Shown piece by piece: positions 34,619-49,043 of a DNA stretch of 64,000 bases. The DNA comes from Geosiphon pyriformis uo1 (lineage: Eukaryota; Fungi; Glomeromycota), in contig JAAOMT010000135.1 of the NCBI GenBank assembly GCA_016748015.1, forward strand, positions 62,001 through 126,000, written 5' to 3'. The translations under genes were made by a program, and so were the position numbers. Position 1 is the first letter of the stretch. Every line of letters starts with the position of its first letter. The notes under the pieces are model-generated. The model saw nothing but the letters and a program-made list of their open reading frames with translations, did no database searches and was not told the DNA's origin.

Positions 34619-37600
34619 GTGGCGACCACACCAGACACAGCAACTCTAGAGTATTATCAGTCAATTTACACCCACTGCAAGCAAAGATTCAACATTTCAG
34701 ACGGAATTGAAGTTGTAAAAAAATCAGTATACCAATATATTGAAAACTGCATCAACAATTATTTTTTTGGAAACTACAACATTTCAGAAGTTAGAAGCAA
34801 CCTCTACAATAATTTAGTGCACTATTCACAATTGGGAACAGAAGACCTGAACAGTGAAACACTTGCTACCTACTTCCAAGAACTTAATTTTAACATTATT
34901 GAGTATTGTAAAGAAAAATACCCAGTACAGTCTAAATACTCTTTTGACTTTGAATCAAAGACAGAAACAAGCAACAAAGACAAACAAANNNNNNNNNNNN
35001 NNNNNNNNNNNNNNNNNNNNNNNNNNNNNNNNNNNNNNNNNNNNNNNNNNNNNNNNNNNNNNNNNNNNNNNNNNNNNNNNNNNNNNNNNNNNNNNNNNNN
35101 NNNNNNNNNNNNNNNNNNNNNNNNNNNNNNNNNNNNNNNNNNNNNNNNNNNNNNNNNNNNNNNNNNNNNNNNNNNNNNNNNNNNNNNNNNNNNNNNNNNN
35201 NNNNNNNNNNNNNNNNNNNNNNNNNNNNNNNNNNNNNNNNNNNNNNNNNNNNNNNNNNNNNNNNNNNNNNNNNNNNNNNNNNNNNNNNNNNNNNNNNNNN
35301 NNNNNNNNNNNNNNNNNNNNNNNNNNNNNNNNNNNNNNNNNNNNNNNNNNNNNNNNNNNNNNNNNNNNNNNNNNNNNNNNNNNNNNNNNNNNNNNNNNNN
35401 NNNNNNNNNNNNNNNNNNNNNNNNNNNNNNNNNNNNNNNNNNNNNNNNNNNNNNNNNNNNNNNNNNNNNNNNNNNNNNNNNNNNNNNNNNNNNNNNNNNN
35501 NNNNNNNNNNNNNNNNNNNNNNNNNNNNNNNNNNNNNNNNNNNNNNNNNNNNNNNNNNNNNNNNNNNNNNNNNNNNNNNNNNNNNNNNNNNNNNNNNNNN
35601 NNNNNNNNNNNNNNNNNNNNNNNNNNNNNNNNNNNNNNNNNNNNNNNNNNNNNNNNNNNNNNNNNNNNNNNNNNNNNNNNNNNNNNNNNNNNNNNNNNNN
35701 NNNNNNNNNNNNNNNNNNNNNNNNNNNNNNNNNNNNNNNNNNNNNNNNNNNNNCAAAACAGGAGTAATCAACATTACTCTTCACCACAACAATCCTATTA
35801 CCAATCTCCACCACCAACCTATTATTCACCAAGACCACAAAATCAAAACTACTATCCACCAGCTCCACAATCAATGCAGCAACAATATTAGCAATCTTTA
35901 CCAATTCAGCCATATCAGACACCACCCACTCAACAATATCAAGTACCAGCAAGAAGATTGGTTCAACATAACCAATTCACACCCCAAAATCAATTGCAGA
36001 ATAACCACAACAGAATCAATTCAAATAACCAGTTGGTTCCCCAAAATTCGGGTCAGCAAAGACCCAATTACTATCACACTCAACCCAGTTATCTTACAAT
36101 ACCAGAGGAATCGGATTTTCAACAAACTGCACTTTCTGAAGATGAAGTTGTAGCGCTAAGATCAAATCCTTCCAACCACACCATTCCACCAGCTCAAATT
36201 GCCCAAAATGCTAATCTGTCAGATATATTTCCATTTGAATTTGAAGTAAATGAATCACCATTTCTGCTTAGTAATGCAGCAGTCAATAAACAGAAAGCAA
36301 TTACTGCCATGTACATAGAAGCTACAGTAGAAGGAAAACACATTCGCTTAATCTTAGATAGTAGATCAGCTGGAAGTATCATCACTTATTAGCTGATGGA
36401 ACAACTCAAATGAAACGTAGACAGACCAGCTCAAACAGTTATTGTCACAGCTGATGGTATGAAGAAGACTCCAGTAGGAGAAATTGATGATTTCCCTTTT
36501 TCAATTGATGGAATCACCATTCCAGTTAAAGTTCTTGTTATGGATGCACCCCAATACCAAGCTCTAGTCGGAAATAATTGGCTTCTCAAGACCAATGCAA
36601 ACCTGAACTGGGAAACTCAAGAACTTAAAATCTCATACCAAGAACAATATACCATAGTACCTGCAACCTGTAATATCTTTAACAAATGATCAGAAAAAGC
36701 TTCAGTATTTGAATTTGAAGAGAAGAAAGAAATGCCACTTACTAAAATCTACATGGCTCTTGGATCAACATCCAATTGGGCTGAAGAAACCAAACAAGAG
36801 ATTTTTGAAGAATCAAAGGGATGGAAGAAAGTTAGATATTCTACACCAGAACCACAGAAACAACCACCCTATATTTTACTCAAATGCAAAGATTGCAACA
36901 AAAAACTTTCATCAATGGGAGCATGTATTTCTCCAGAAGAGGAATATGAAACTCGTACCTGTTACTTTTGCAAAGCATGCCATAGAGAACGATTTGGATC
37001 TCCAAAAAGAAGTGGAAAATGGGACAACACACCTTGCCTTACATGTGGAGAAATGCTACCAGAAGAATGCAATTGGATTGATGTAGCAATGAGAGGAGGA
37101 GTATGTGATCAAACCTGTCAATATGCTCTATCAATTTCGGAAAAAGCCAGAAGAGGAACACCATTTGATGCAGCATACAACAGTGCTCTCAATAAACTTT
37201 ACCACTACCCTCATGATGCTAAAATAATTTTTGACCTAACAATGGCATTGATCAATGGAGCCACCCAAGAAGATGTCTACCAAATGAAAAAAGCTGAATA
37301 TATTGAGTATACCATGGAATTAGCTGGATTTGATTATGAAGATGAAGTAAAAACCTACCACCAAATTGCAAGCCACATATATCCGACCAAAGAAGCTTAA
37401 ATTCAATGATTAGAGCAAATGAACATTCAATTGTGTGAAGAATGTGTTATGTTTTGTGATGACCAATGGTGTTTAAAATGTCATACTCTTAGCATTCCTC
37501 TGCCAGATGAGAATGATGAAAATGAAATCGAATTTGGAGTATCTGAACTAGTAGAAGAACTACCAACCACTCCTATTTATCTTCTTGAAAAGCAACCACC

Positions 37601-39882
37601 TCTACAACTTAAATATTTTAACAACTATGGCCAAGGAATCAGACCAGAAAAAGCACACGAAATTAATGCTGGATATGACCTAAGATACCCAGGAAAAGAT
37701 ACTTTGATTCTCCAACCAAAGTCTTTGACAAAAATCAATCTCAAAATTGCTCTTGAAATTCCACTAGAAGCAATGGTTCAAATTGTCTTCAGATCATCAT
37801 TGAAAAGCAAAGGAATCAATATTAGAGAAGGAGTTATAGATGCAGGATACACTGGAGACATTACCATCATGTTACAGAATGAGACAGACAAACCATTCAA
37901 AATTGAACATGCTGAAAAAATTGCTCAAGCAATTTACTTACTCTTAATTAACATTTCGGGTTTACAATCAGTAAACAACAGAGAACAATTGGGAAAAAGT
38001 GAAAGAAGAACTCAAGGTTTTGGTTCAACTGAACAATTTACAGTCCCAGTAAACATAGTTTTTAATACACAAAATGAATCTCACCAGATTCTTCAACTTC
38101 TTCAGCCAATTACCATTTCACCTTTTAGAGAACATCACGAAATTTACACTTGCTCAAAATCCACCACTACACAAAAAATCTTTGAATCCAATGAACAAAT
38201 CTGTTTGAAGCATGAAATATCAATTCCAATCGTTTATATTCCCAAAGGAATAAAAAAATTTCGAGTTACATTCTACAATTCCAATAATTACTCTATTGTT
38301 TTATTAAACAAATTAGAAATTGGAATCATACACAGCAATATCTTTCAAGATGAAAACCCTCAAATTGTCTCTAATTTCATCGAGATTGTAAAGCACACTC
38401 TACTCCCAAATCCAAATATCATTCTTACGACTGAAAACTACTACTTGTTGGAAGAAAAACTCTCTCGAATCAATATGGGTTCTTTAGAACCTCAACAACA
38501 AAGACAATTGAAACAATTGATAGCTGAATTTGCAGATATATTTGCAAAAGACAACAATGACTTGGGAAAAACAGACATTGTTTAACATCAGATCTATACA
38601 GAAGATGCTCTACCAAAATATTAACAAGCTTATCAAGTGCCACCTGCCAGCCACCAATTCATCAGAGAAAAGGTTCAAAAAATGCTTAATAACGGATTGA
38701 TTCAACCATCAAGAAGTTCTTGGGCCTCACCAGTAGTTTTAGTTAAAAAGAAAAACGGAAAAATCAAATTCTGTGTTGATTATAGACAACTGAATAGTGT
38801 TACAATTGGAGATGCCTACCCTTTTCCAAGAATTGATGACATGCTAGATGCTCTAGAAAAAGCCAAGTTCTTTTCAACTTTAGACCTGGAAAGTGGATAC
38901 TGGCAAGTCGAAATGGACCCAAAAGATAAACCCAAAACAGCATTTACCACTCAAGAAGGAAATTATGAGTTTAATGTTATGCCTTTTGAACTCTGCAATG
39001 CACCAGCAACATTTCAGCAACTCATGGATGTTGTCTATGAAAGGCTCTTGTGGCAATTAGTAGTTGTTTATCTTGATGATACTGATGTATACTCACCAAG
39101 CTTTTGAAGCCCATCTCATTCACCTGCAAGAAGTTTTTTAATGATTACGAAAAGCAGGATTAAAGTTAAATATTGAGAAATGTCACTTTGGAAAAACAAG
39201 CTTGATCTTTCTTGGACACATAGTTAGTAAAGATGGAATCAAACCAAATCCAGGAACAATCAGTGCTGTCAAAAACTTTCAAACCCCCAGAAATACTACA
39301 GAACTAAGAGGATTTGTGGGATTAGCCTCTTACTATCAAAAATTCATAAAAAGATTCTCAGAAATTGCCAAACCACTCAATTATCTTATCAACAAAAACG
39401 TATCATACAAATAGACTAAAGAACAACAAAAAGCTTTTGAAATTCTTAAAACAAAATTGACAACAGCCCCAGTTCTTGCTTACCCAGACTTCAACAAACA
39501 ATTCCAATTAGCCACTGATGTCTTACATATAGCATTTGGTGCCATCTTATCACAATTGAATGAAAATGGCCAAGAACAAGTTATTGCCTATGCCAGCAGA
39601 ACACTCAAGCCAACAGAACTCAAATATGGCTCAACTGAATTAGAAGCTGCTGCAGTTATTTGGGCTCTTAAACATTTTCAATAATATCTGAAGAATGGAA
39701 AAAAATTTGACATAATAACAGACAACATTGGCCTCAAATGGCTTAATAAAAAGAAAACTGAACAAAGTGCCAAACAGTCTTGATGGAATGACTTCTTAGC
39801 AGACTACAGATATATTGTACATCACAAACCAGAAAAACTACATACCAATGTTAATAGCCTTTCAAGAATAAGACAAGATTAA
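34619..39882 (+). pseudogene. B gag-pol: Gag (partly in N gap; Q/P/Y-rich tail), protease, Cys-rich region, dUTPase, RT, RNase H
   Basis: LILDSRS; LDLESGYWQ, MPFELCNAPATFQ, YLDD; LATDVLHIAFGAILSQ; ends NSLSRIRQD-TAA. Scattered stops and one frameshift near 39105. Confidence 0.9.
37602..38033 (+). CDS. dut: Trimeric dUTPase domain within B pol
   Basis: All five motifs in order: AGYDL, RSS, GVIDAGYTGDI, KIAQ, RRTQGFGSTE (RGxxGFGSTG with G>A hits). Confidence 0.93.
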
Positions 39883-39939
39883 TATCAATAACAATTCCAC
39901 CACAACTTACCAACTTACCAACAAAATAACCAAACAAAA

Positions 39940-41325
39940 ATGAATTCCAGAAACTACAGCAATCTTAAAAATTATTTGAAGACTCTTACCATGCCAGAAA
40001 ACTGGTCTCCAAGTAAAAAACATCACTTACAACACCAATCAAAACAATATTTCATACACCAGAACAAAATCTATTATAAAAATTACAGAAAACCAAACCA
40101 GCCACTCAAATTAGTACAAGAGAATGAAAAAGAAACAATTTTATACAACATGCACACAGATCCGTCTTCAGCACACTTGGAAAAAGAGGGAACAATTCAA
40201 AAAACCCTTGAACATTATTTTTGGCCCCACATGCAAAAAAACATTCGACAATATATAGAATCTTGTGATAATTGTCAAAAAAGAGGAGGAACCCACCCCA
40301 CAGAACCTCTAAATCCAATCAAAGTTGGACAACCTTTTAACAGAGTTGGAATTAATTTAGTCGGACCATTACCTATCACAACCTAAGGAAATCATTATAT
40401 TGCAGTTGCAGTGAATTATCTTACTAAATGGCCTGAAGCTAGAGCCATCCAAAGAGCAGATGCAAAATCAGTAGCAAATTTCATCTATGAAGACATTATC
40501 TGTAGACATGGATGTCCAATTGAACTCTTATCTGATCAAGGAACACATTTTGTGAACAACTTGATACAAGAAATTTGTGAACGGTTCAATGTCAAAAGAC
40601 TTCTATCATTATTTTATCACCCTTAAACAAATGGACTTGTAGAACATTTCAACAGAACATTGTGTGAATCTCTAGCCAAAGTCTCAACAGACTTTGAACA
40701 GGAATGAGATATCTTTATTCTATCAGTGTTACTAGCATACAGAACACTAAAACAAGATACTATGAAACACACACCATTTGATCTTACTTATGGAAGGACA
40801 GCAACATTACCAATTAATTTCACAGTAGAAACATACTCAGTGCAACCAATCAATGAAGAAAACTTTTAAGAGACACTCCAAAGAAGAGCCTATACTCTTC
40901 TTAGTACACTGAAAGAAAAAAAAAGAATAGCAGCAATTCATATTGAACATTCCCAAGCTTAACAAAAAGAAAGACATAACAACAAATTACCACCTATTAC
41001 CAATGAATTTAAAGTTGGAAATAAAGTTCTTTTACACAAAACTAAGACTGAAAAACAATGGAATGGAAAATTTGAAAACAAATGGGATAGACCATTTTAT
41101 ATTCACAAAATTCTAGGCAATGGATCATATAAGTTAAGACTTGATGACAAAATATTAGCAAAAGTTGCACATGGAGACAGATTGAAACACTATCATTCCA
41201 AAAACAATCCTAAACCATTAATTCCACAAATTGATACACATTCCTCTTTAATTAATCTTAAAAATATTCCCCGAAATTTAGAACCAATAATTATAATAGA
41301 ACAACAACCAAACTTGAACACTTAA
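39940..41325 (+). pseudogene. B integrase
   Basis: ATG 39940 MNSRNYSNL; HTDPSSAH..CDNC; VGINLVGPL, LSDQG, NGLVEHFN; WDRPFYI. No chromodomain. Confidence 0.9.
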
Positions 41326-41467
41326 ATTTTACAATAATTCTCTAATAAAAACACAAAGACAAAAATAGTAAATAATTACAAAACACCCAAACCCAAAAAC
41401 AAATAAAAACCCCATATCCAAAAATAATTTTCTTTATTCTCTTTTTTCATAATTAGTCAATTTTATC

Positions 41468-42175
41468 ATGATTATTCCCCGAAATATTCAACAAAAATCC
41501 CAAAAATTAATGTTAGCCTTGAAAACACTCCCTGACTTATCCATAACAATTAATGGAAGTCAAATTAATTACATTCAGAAAAAAACCACAGCCCCAGTAG
41601 CAAATCATTTACAGAACTATCACCCCTATAGAAGAAAAACAAAAAGTCACTTTGAGAATAGATTACCAAGACTTTTAAAGCAGGCACTAGAAGAAAATCT
41701 TTTAATTGCCCCTATTGACATTCCACCAAATGCTACAATGCAACAAAAACTTCTACTACTTCTTAATGAACAGAACAATGAACACACCCCTATCTATAAA
41801 TACCTTCAAATTGAAAAAACACTTTATGAACGAAAACTGAAACTTGAAGCAACAAATTTTACTCCTGAAGTTATACAAAAACAAATTCACAATGAATTCA
41901 AAACAGCAGCTGGACCAACAAACACTCACTACAAACTTAGAGCAGCTCTTAGACTCTATGACTTGTTTAATACTTGTGAAAATGTTCTACAAAATCCAAT
42001 ACTGCAACCAATGAAAGTCCAATACATTGGCAAACTCACAAAACTGAAATTTCAACAATTTTCAGACCAGATTACTTCAATTATTTTAGATCACTATCTC
42101 AATATTACAGATAGTGCTTGGACTTTGACAGAGCTCAGTCTTGAGGAGAAGATTATATTACCAGTAGAATTTTAG
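41468..42175 (+). CDS. B accessory ORF of unknown function, 235 aa, open frame, ends 20 bp inside the 3' LTR
   Basis: Same position and orientation as the family-A accessory ORF, with weak end-to-end similarity by eye. Confidence 0.75.
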   Translation: MIIPRNIQQKSQKLMLALKTLPDLSITINGSQINYIQKKTTAPVANHLQNYHPYRRKTKSHFENRLPRLLKQALEENLLIAPIDIPPNATMQQKLLLLLNEQNNEHTPIYKYLQIEKTLYERKLKLEATNFTPEVIQKQIHNEFKTAAGPTNTHYKLRAALRLYDLFNTCENVLQNPILQPMKVQYIGKLTKLKFQQFSDQITSIILDHYLNITDSAWTLTELSLEEKIILPVEF

Positions 42176-43168
42176 CTATTAATTAGCATAAAATTACCCT
42201 TATAATTTCTATAATTCATTAGTATATTAATATTATTTCAAATTATCATTTATTATTTAATCAATTATTACATATCACAATTCAATTAAAATAATCTAAT
42301 TAGTATAACAGAAAGTAGGATGATCAAATTACACAATACTCTGAACTTTGTAACATTCAAAAATTCGCCGAAATTTACAGAAATTCGCCAAAATTTATAA
42401 GAAATTCGCCGAAATTTACAGAAATTTGCCAAAATTATGAATAGTTCACCCAAATTAATCAATAGTTCAGCAAAATAACTTGTAGTTCATCAAAATGTAT
42501 CTTTAGTTCACTGAAATTTGAGCAAAAAGAAAAAGTGCAAGTTTATAGACTAGTACTACAACAAATTGTATAAAAGAAGAGCTTTTCTCTTCTGAAAAAT
42601 GTATCTTACTTTAGATTTATTACTTAGAACCATTCTTATACACACAAAAAGAAATAAATATCAAATAATTTGAAAAACCAAGTTCTTTAATTATTGCACT
42701 TGGAAAATCCCCAAAACCCAACTAACATTTCGAAATTGATTAGCTACCAATTTCAGTAAACTGTTAGTGACTCCAGGCCTGGATAGAAAACATTTCCCTT
42801 GACAGAATTCTATTTCTTTTACATTTCTTTTATTTTTCTTTTATTTTTTTATTACAATTATTAAGGTAGCCTACAGATGAGATTTCTGTAGAAGAGTTGA
42901 CTTTTACAGCAAAGTAACTACACATTTTTAGTAAGCTTCCAGACGAGCAATTCCTGAGAAAAAGTTGACATTTACTAGAATGTAACTACATAAAGTAACT
43001 GGCAAAGGAATTGGCCATTCCACTTATAAGCCCAGCAGTTCAAATTATAGAAGATAATTTAAAGATAAATTCAGTTATTGGAGGTTCAACTACTTCCTGA
43101 AAACATGAATTCACAGCAAATTAACATTACCAACATTTAAAAAAAGAGACCAAAAACCTCCAGTAACA
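42156..43168 (+). repeat. 3' LTR of B (1013 bp)
   Basis: Near-identical to the 5' LTR minus the duplication; contains roughly 20-bp AAATTCGCCGAAATTTACAG-type repeats. Confidence 0.95.
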
Positions 43169-43753
43169 CCAGGAATCTGAAGGTAGAGAGATAGTCCATA
43201 CTGTTAACAAATGATCACATCTGATATAATTCTATGCCTTATGTTAGCACTCTTAGAATTCAATATCAGATATCAGATGTACTTTTCAGTCACGTTTTAT
43301 TCAATAATCTTCAAATGCTGCAATTACACATTTCAGGAAAAGGGTAAAGAATAATCAACAAATAATCTTTTATTTTTAAGATGTTCAGATACTTAAAAAT
43401 AGGAAAAAGAAAATTAGTGATAAGAGAGAGATTAAGATAAAAGTTGTTATTTTATTTATTTTTATTTTCTTGATTTCTACATGCTTTTCTACAGCTAAAA
43501 AATTTATTGCTTATATAGCTGTCAAAAGTGATCAATGATCAGATTAACAACTAGGTTAATAATTAGGTCAATGATCAAGTCAATGATCAGATCAATGATC
43601 AGGTTATTGATCAGGTCAATGATCAGATCAATGATTAGGTCAACAGTCAGATCATTAATCACTTTCTAAAAATAGAGTGGCTAATTTATGTGACATCAGT
43701 GGCTAATACATGTAATAATTAATAAGAAGTATAAGTTTCAACTATAACAGTAC

Positions 43754-46700
43754 CAAGTCTTCTTTGCAAAATGTCTTTGTAATTTCCTATTGTAATCTCT
43801 TTAAAGGGTATTGTCTTAATGTTAATTTCTATTGGTAGTGTTGCCATGTGTTCATAAAGCAGATAAAAAAGTTCATAACTTGTTATGTTATGATTTACAG
43901 TTCTATAAGCAAACAAAGCTGAAGACAGTATTTTGTCCTATAAGTTTGTTTCTTTACTGGTTTTGGTTAGGGTTTTATATAGTATTCTATTAAAATGTTT
44001 CACTAGATCATTTGTTTGGAGGTGATAAGGGAAGGAAAGTTTATAATGTATTCCTATTTTTCTACAAAGTTTTTCAACCAGTGTACTGAGAAAAGCTCTT
44101 TCTCTATCAGATAAAAGTTCTTTGGGGCAGTCATAACAGCAAATGATATCTTCATAAATAAAATTGGCTATTGAGACTGCTGTTTGGTCAGGAGTGGCTT
44201 TTGCTTCTACCCACTTTGTAAGATAATTAGTAACTGTGATAATATATCTGTTGCCATCAGAAGTTATTGTTAAAAATCTAACAACATCTATACTAATTCT
44301 GTTAAATAGTTGACCAACAGAGATTAGATAGATATCTTTTTTGCAATTGAATTTGCCTTTTTTTTGGCAGATGTCACAAGTTTTGATATATTCAGCAATG
44401 TTTTTTCCCAAGATAGGCCAATAATAGCAAGTTAAAGTTTTCTGAATTGTTTTTGTTTTTTCAAAGTGTTCAGCTAATGGGTCAGTATACATGTTGTATA
44501 TTACAATTTTTTTTCTTTAAATCTGATAACTCTTTGGAAGCAGGATTTTTTCTATTTCTTTTATATAACTAATTCTGACAAATTAAATAGAAATTTGATT
44601 GTTTGTGCAAATGTTCTCTTTACTGTTAAGTGTATTCTAATGGGTATTGTTTTTTACTCAAAAATTCTATTAAGGCAGAGTAGTTGTCCAAGTTTATTAT
44701 CATGTTTGTTTGTGAAAGAGTTACTAATAATTAAGTTGGTTTGGTTTGAGAGATTGTACTATCACTGAATAGTAAGTCAAAAAAGAGTGTTGGTGTTTTG
44801 ATGATTTCCTCTTTTGTAGTGTTGAATATCATAGTCAAATTCATCCAAGTAGAATATCCAGCAAGTTATTCATTTGTGTTTCAGCTTCTTTTTATTGCAC
44901 AGCCAAACCAAGACTTGATAATCTGTTATTACTAAGAATTTTGCACCAAAAAAATATTGATCCCAATAACTAGTAGTCCAAACTACTGCTAAACATTCTT
45001 GTTTAGTAACTGAATAGTTTTTTTCTGCTGGTGTAAAAGATCTACTGGCATATGTTATAGTATGTTCTCTGCCATTTTTATTTTTCTGTGAAAGAACAGC
45101 ACCAAGTCTATAATTAGATGTATTAGTATAGAGAATGAAAGATTGGTCTAAATCAGGTTGCTTGAGAATTGGTTTAGTAACAAGTTTTTTCTTCATAATT
45201 TCAAAAGCTTTTTGTTGATGAGTGCTCCAGTAATAATTGACATTTTTTCTGAGTAGCTGATTAAGAGGAAAGGCGATTTTGAAGAAATCCTTGATAAATT
45301 TGCAATAATAAGAGACCAAACCAAGAAAAAAGTGTAGTTCAGGAACATTTATTGGTTGTTTAATGTTCTGAACTTTTTTGACTTTAGCTAGGTCAGGGAA
45401 GATTCTATCTTTTGTAATAAAATGACCAAGAAACTGGGTGAATTGGCATCTAAAAAAAGATTTAATTGGGTTGATCTTAAGACCAGCATTTTTGAACAAG
45501 TTAAAAACTTTTTGCAAATGTTTAAGATGTTTATTTTAGATTTTTGAGTAGACTATTATATTGTCTAAGTAGACCAGAACAAAGTATTCTTTTATTGATT
45601 CAAATACTTTGTTTATTAGGCATTAAAAAGTGGAAGGAGCATTAATGAGACCAAAAGACATGACTGTAAATTCATAGGTGCCATACTTGGTAATGAAAGC
45701 AGTTTTTTTTCTGCTTTTTGAATTTATTTCTACTTATCAGAATCCAGCAATTAAGTCAATGGTTAAAAAAAAACAGCACTATTGAATTTATCTAGCATTG
45801 CATTAATTTTGAGAAGTAAGTACATGTCTCTTATAGTGATGGTATTTAATTAATGGTAGTCAACACAGAAGTGTAAAGTTCTACTTTTCTTGGATATTAC
45901 TACAACTAAGAAAGCCATTTACTCTTGGTTTCTTGTATAAATCCAAGATCTTTCATTCAGTTTATTTTTTTCTTGATAAACTCATCATTGTGTCGATTGG
46001 ATTGATAAAACTTCAAATGAATGGGATGAGTTTTTTTTGTGATGATGGTATGTTGTATTACATGGGTTTGTTCAGAGATATTATCTTCTTTTGAGATAAC
46101 TAGACTATTTCTAGCCAACAGGTTTTCAATGTCCATTTTTCTCTCTTCAAGAGAAGGTTCTCTTTGTTTTACAACTAGTAATTAGATTTTAGGTGGTTCA
46201 CTCTCAAAGGACTTCTGTACTTTTTTTAGTTCTTCTCTGGGTATCAAACTAATTGGCTCTCAATCTTTGTAATAGATTAGACAGGTCTTGCATTTATTAT
46301 TAGGAGAATACAAAGGTTTATTACACCAGCACCTGGCATAAAAACCATACCACCAATAACTGTATTTTGTTTTTTTGTCAGATTTCTATCAAAGGTTCTT
46401 CTGAAGATATCATAGTAGGGCCAGCAGATTAGCTTGTCATTTATTATGATTTCTTCTTTGTCAGCTTTAACATTGTCCAGTGGTTTGTTGTTGCTGGTAA
46501 AGATAGTATAGATAAGTTCAGCAGTTTCTTTTATTCTTTTTGATCTTCTTTTTCATCACTCTTATTATCATCTGATTCATCTGATTGTTCTTTTTCTTGG
46601 TTCTGCTTGGCTATTGGAAGAGTTGTCTAATGACAGCACTTAACCACAATGGGTTTCTCATCACATCTGATGGTTAGTTTACAGAGTTCATAATCAAGCA

Positions 46701-48991
46701 AGGCTTTTGCTTTCTTAAACTATTTATTGCCAACTATTATAGTGTATTCTTTTGCTTCAGATACTTCCATGTCAGTTTCAATGTTGATGCCATTGATTTG
46801 GACAGGAACAGCTTTGGCTATGTCTAGACTTTTTTTTTGTTATTATGTACATTGGTCATTGGTCTTGTGGATGGTTCATTAATCTTTCTGCCAATTGCTT
46901 CTAAAAAGTGTTTGGCAATGATACTAACAGATAATTTACTGTCCAGAATCAGATCAATGAAATAACCAGTCACTTGGGCTTTACAAATGAGAGGGATAAC
47001 ATTGCTGTTGTCAGCAAGTCCAGCTTGGCATGGGCATTTGTTAGTCTTTGGTGTCTTTTTCTTGGGAATCAAAGATTTGCAAAAGTTTTTTCTGAATTGG
47101 GGGTGGGTTATTAACTGGCCAAAAATAATATAAGCAGGCATTTCCATAAAATCCTTGACAACAGAATAAGATCCAGATTTTTGTACAATTTTTGGGGGTT
47201 TCAACTTTGGAAGATTTTTAAAAACTTTAGCTTTTGGTGGCTTATTGTTATTAGCAGTTAATATAGAGACTTTCTTTGGATTTATAACGAAATCAACCTT
47301 GGCTTTTTTTTTCTTTCTTGTTAATTCAGAAGTGTTAATTGCTAGTTTATTCATGTCATGGTTATTATTAGTTAAGCTAAAAACATAAAAGAGGTTTTCT
47401 TCTGGTTGGCTTGCACTCTCACCCTTTGGAGGTGCATCTATCAGTTTAAAGACTAATAAATAGTGGCTTCAATTAAAGAATTTTTTTCAAAGAAATTGAT
47501 GTTAACATAATTGAGTCTTTGGTTGAAAACATTATTGTTAATAATTCTGTTGTTTTGATTGTCATTGTTTCTGGAAGCTGGAGGAAACAGAAGAGAATTG
47601 TTACAATCTCTGGAGAAATGTCCAGTTAATCTACAGTGATAACACACAGATGAGCCATGATTTTGTTGTCTTTAATAAAAAGATTGCTAGAGTTAATTAA
47701 AATGGGGTTCAAATCTGGGTTTTTGGAGTTGTTAATTCTCTCTGACTGGTTGGGTTAAGGGTTTCAGTAACCAGACAAGATTAACTGTGAGTCTATCTAT
47801 TAACTGTTCATTTTGGTCTTAAGTTTGGACAGCAAAAGAAGTAGCAGCCATTTGGGAAGCAAGAGCCATAACAGGAGCAAAAGCAAAAACTGAAAGTGTG
47901 GATTCCAAATGCATCTTTTGGTTGTCTTCAATTTGTTGGGCAAGTTCAATGGCCATGTTCATTGTGGAATTGTTTTTCAAGACCAGAAGAGGCCAAAAAG
48001 CATAGGACAAATCTGTTTTTAATTCTTTTGTAAAGGAATAAATCTTTTGTTCTTTTGTTCAGTTTCTTCCAGAGTCTACTCTTTTAATTAACTTTTTGAT
48101 GGCTTTAACATATTCAGTTACCACTTCACCAGGATTTTGAGTTCTTTTTTTTAGTTCTATGCACCATTTGGATATTAAAATAAGAGTTCTAAATTTCATT
48201 TCAAACTGGGTAGTAAAAGAGATGTTATTTTTTCTAGCATTTGCCAGTGTTCATTTAATAATTTTTTGCTGAGTATTGGCATTGGTTTTTTGTGAAAACC
48301 AAGTAGCAGGAAAGCCTTGGAGATAGCCACCAATGATTTAGAACTTGTATTTATTATTATATTGATTTGCAGTAGCTGCTCTTTTAATATCATCTAACTA
48401 TTCAATTGGATCTTGTGCATTGCCTCTGAATAAGGGTAGTAGAGGGTTGTTTCTTTTTCCCAAAGCAGTTTGTATGCTTTGGAGGACAATCAAAATGTTC
48501 TGTTGTATAAAATCATTAGTTATTGGTTTAGGAGTTACTGTTTGAGTAGAATGATCTGATTTACTTGAGAAGAAATCAAAAACAGAAGCAGTTTGATAGC
48601 TTTCTTTTTTTGTTTTAAGAGAAGTTTCAGTTGATTGATGGACAGCAATCTAAGTATGGATTTAATGATTCAGATATTCGAAATCAGAGGGCTGTTGTTC
48701 AAAAATTGTGAAATATAAAAGCTGATTGATGCTGTTGTTTCTTTCTTCAAAGTTGTCTTCAAAATAAACTTGATTAAAGTAATAAATTGTATAGGCTGTG
48801 TAGGTTTCAGCTAAATGCTTGTTCAGGAACCAGTTCCAAAAGTCTTAGAATTGTCTGTTGAATTGTTTTTTAATGGGGAAGCAAATCAAGCAGAAGAGCA
48901 AAAGATTGAGTTTAATAAAGTCTAGATCATTTTTGTTGTGTGCTTCAAAGTATTTTTTTAATTGTTATGGCAGGTATAAATAATTACCCAT
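43754..48991 (-). pseudogene. A3 gag, pol (44762-47450) and 5' part of integrase (43754-44697)
   Basis: Degenerate homologous peptides in the ORF track (46824-47354, 44870-45517, 43938-44492). Confidence 0.9.
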
Positions 48992-49043
48992 ACAATAGGA
49001 AACAAAGTAGAATTTGACAACCTTACAGGGAGCACCACTTTTA

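Larger units (their letters stand above)
33413..43168 (+). mobile_element. Ty3/Gypsy family B, full-length, dUTPase-bearing
   Basis: LTRs 33413-34573 and 42156-43168 (TGTTACCAG...CTGGTAACA). TSD CCAG at 33409-33412 and 43169-43172. PBS TGGTGCTCTCCCATGG at 34576; PPT GAGGAGAAGA at 42143-42152; order PR-RT-RH-INT. Confidence 0.95.
26305..43749 (-). mobile_element. Ty3/Gypsy family A, copy A5, inserted in A3 integrase; its 5' LTR is split by element B
   Basis: 3' LTR 26305-27008; 5' LTR 33238-33412 plus 43173-43749. TSD ATAC (26301-26304) / GTAC (43750-43753). Confidence 0.92.

Noticed and set aside
34854-35952. Long ORFs spanning 34989-35753
   Set aside because: Artefacts of the N run.
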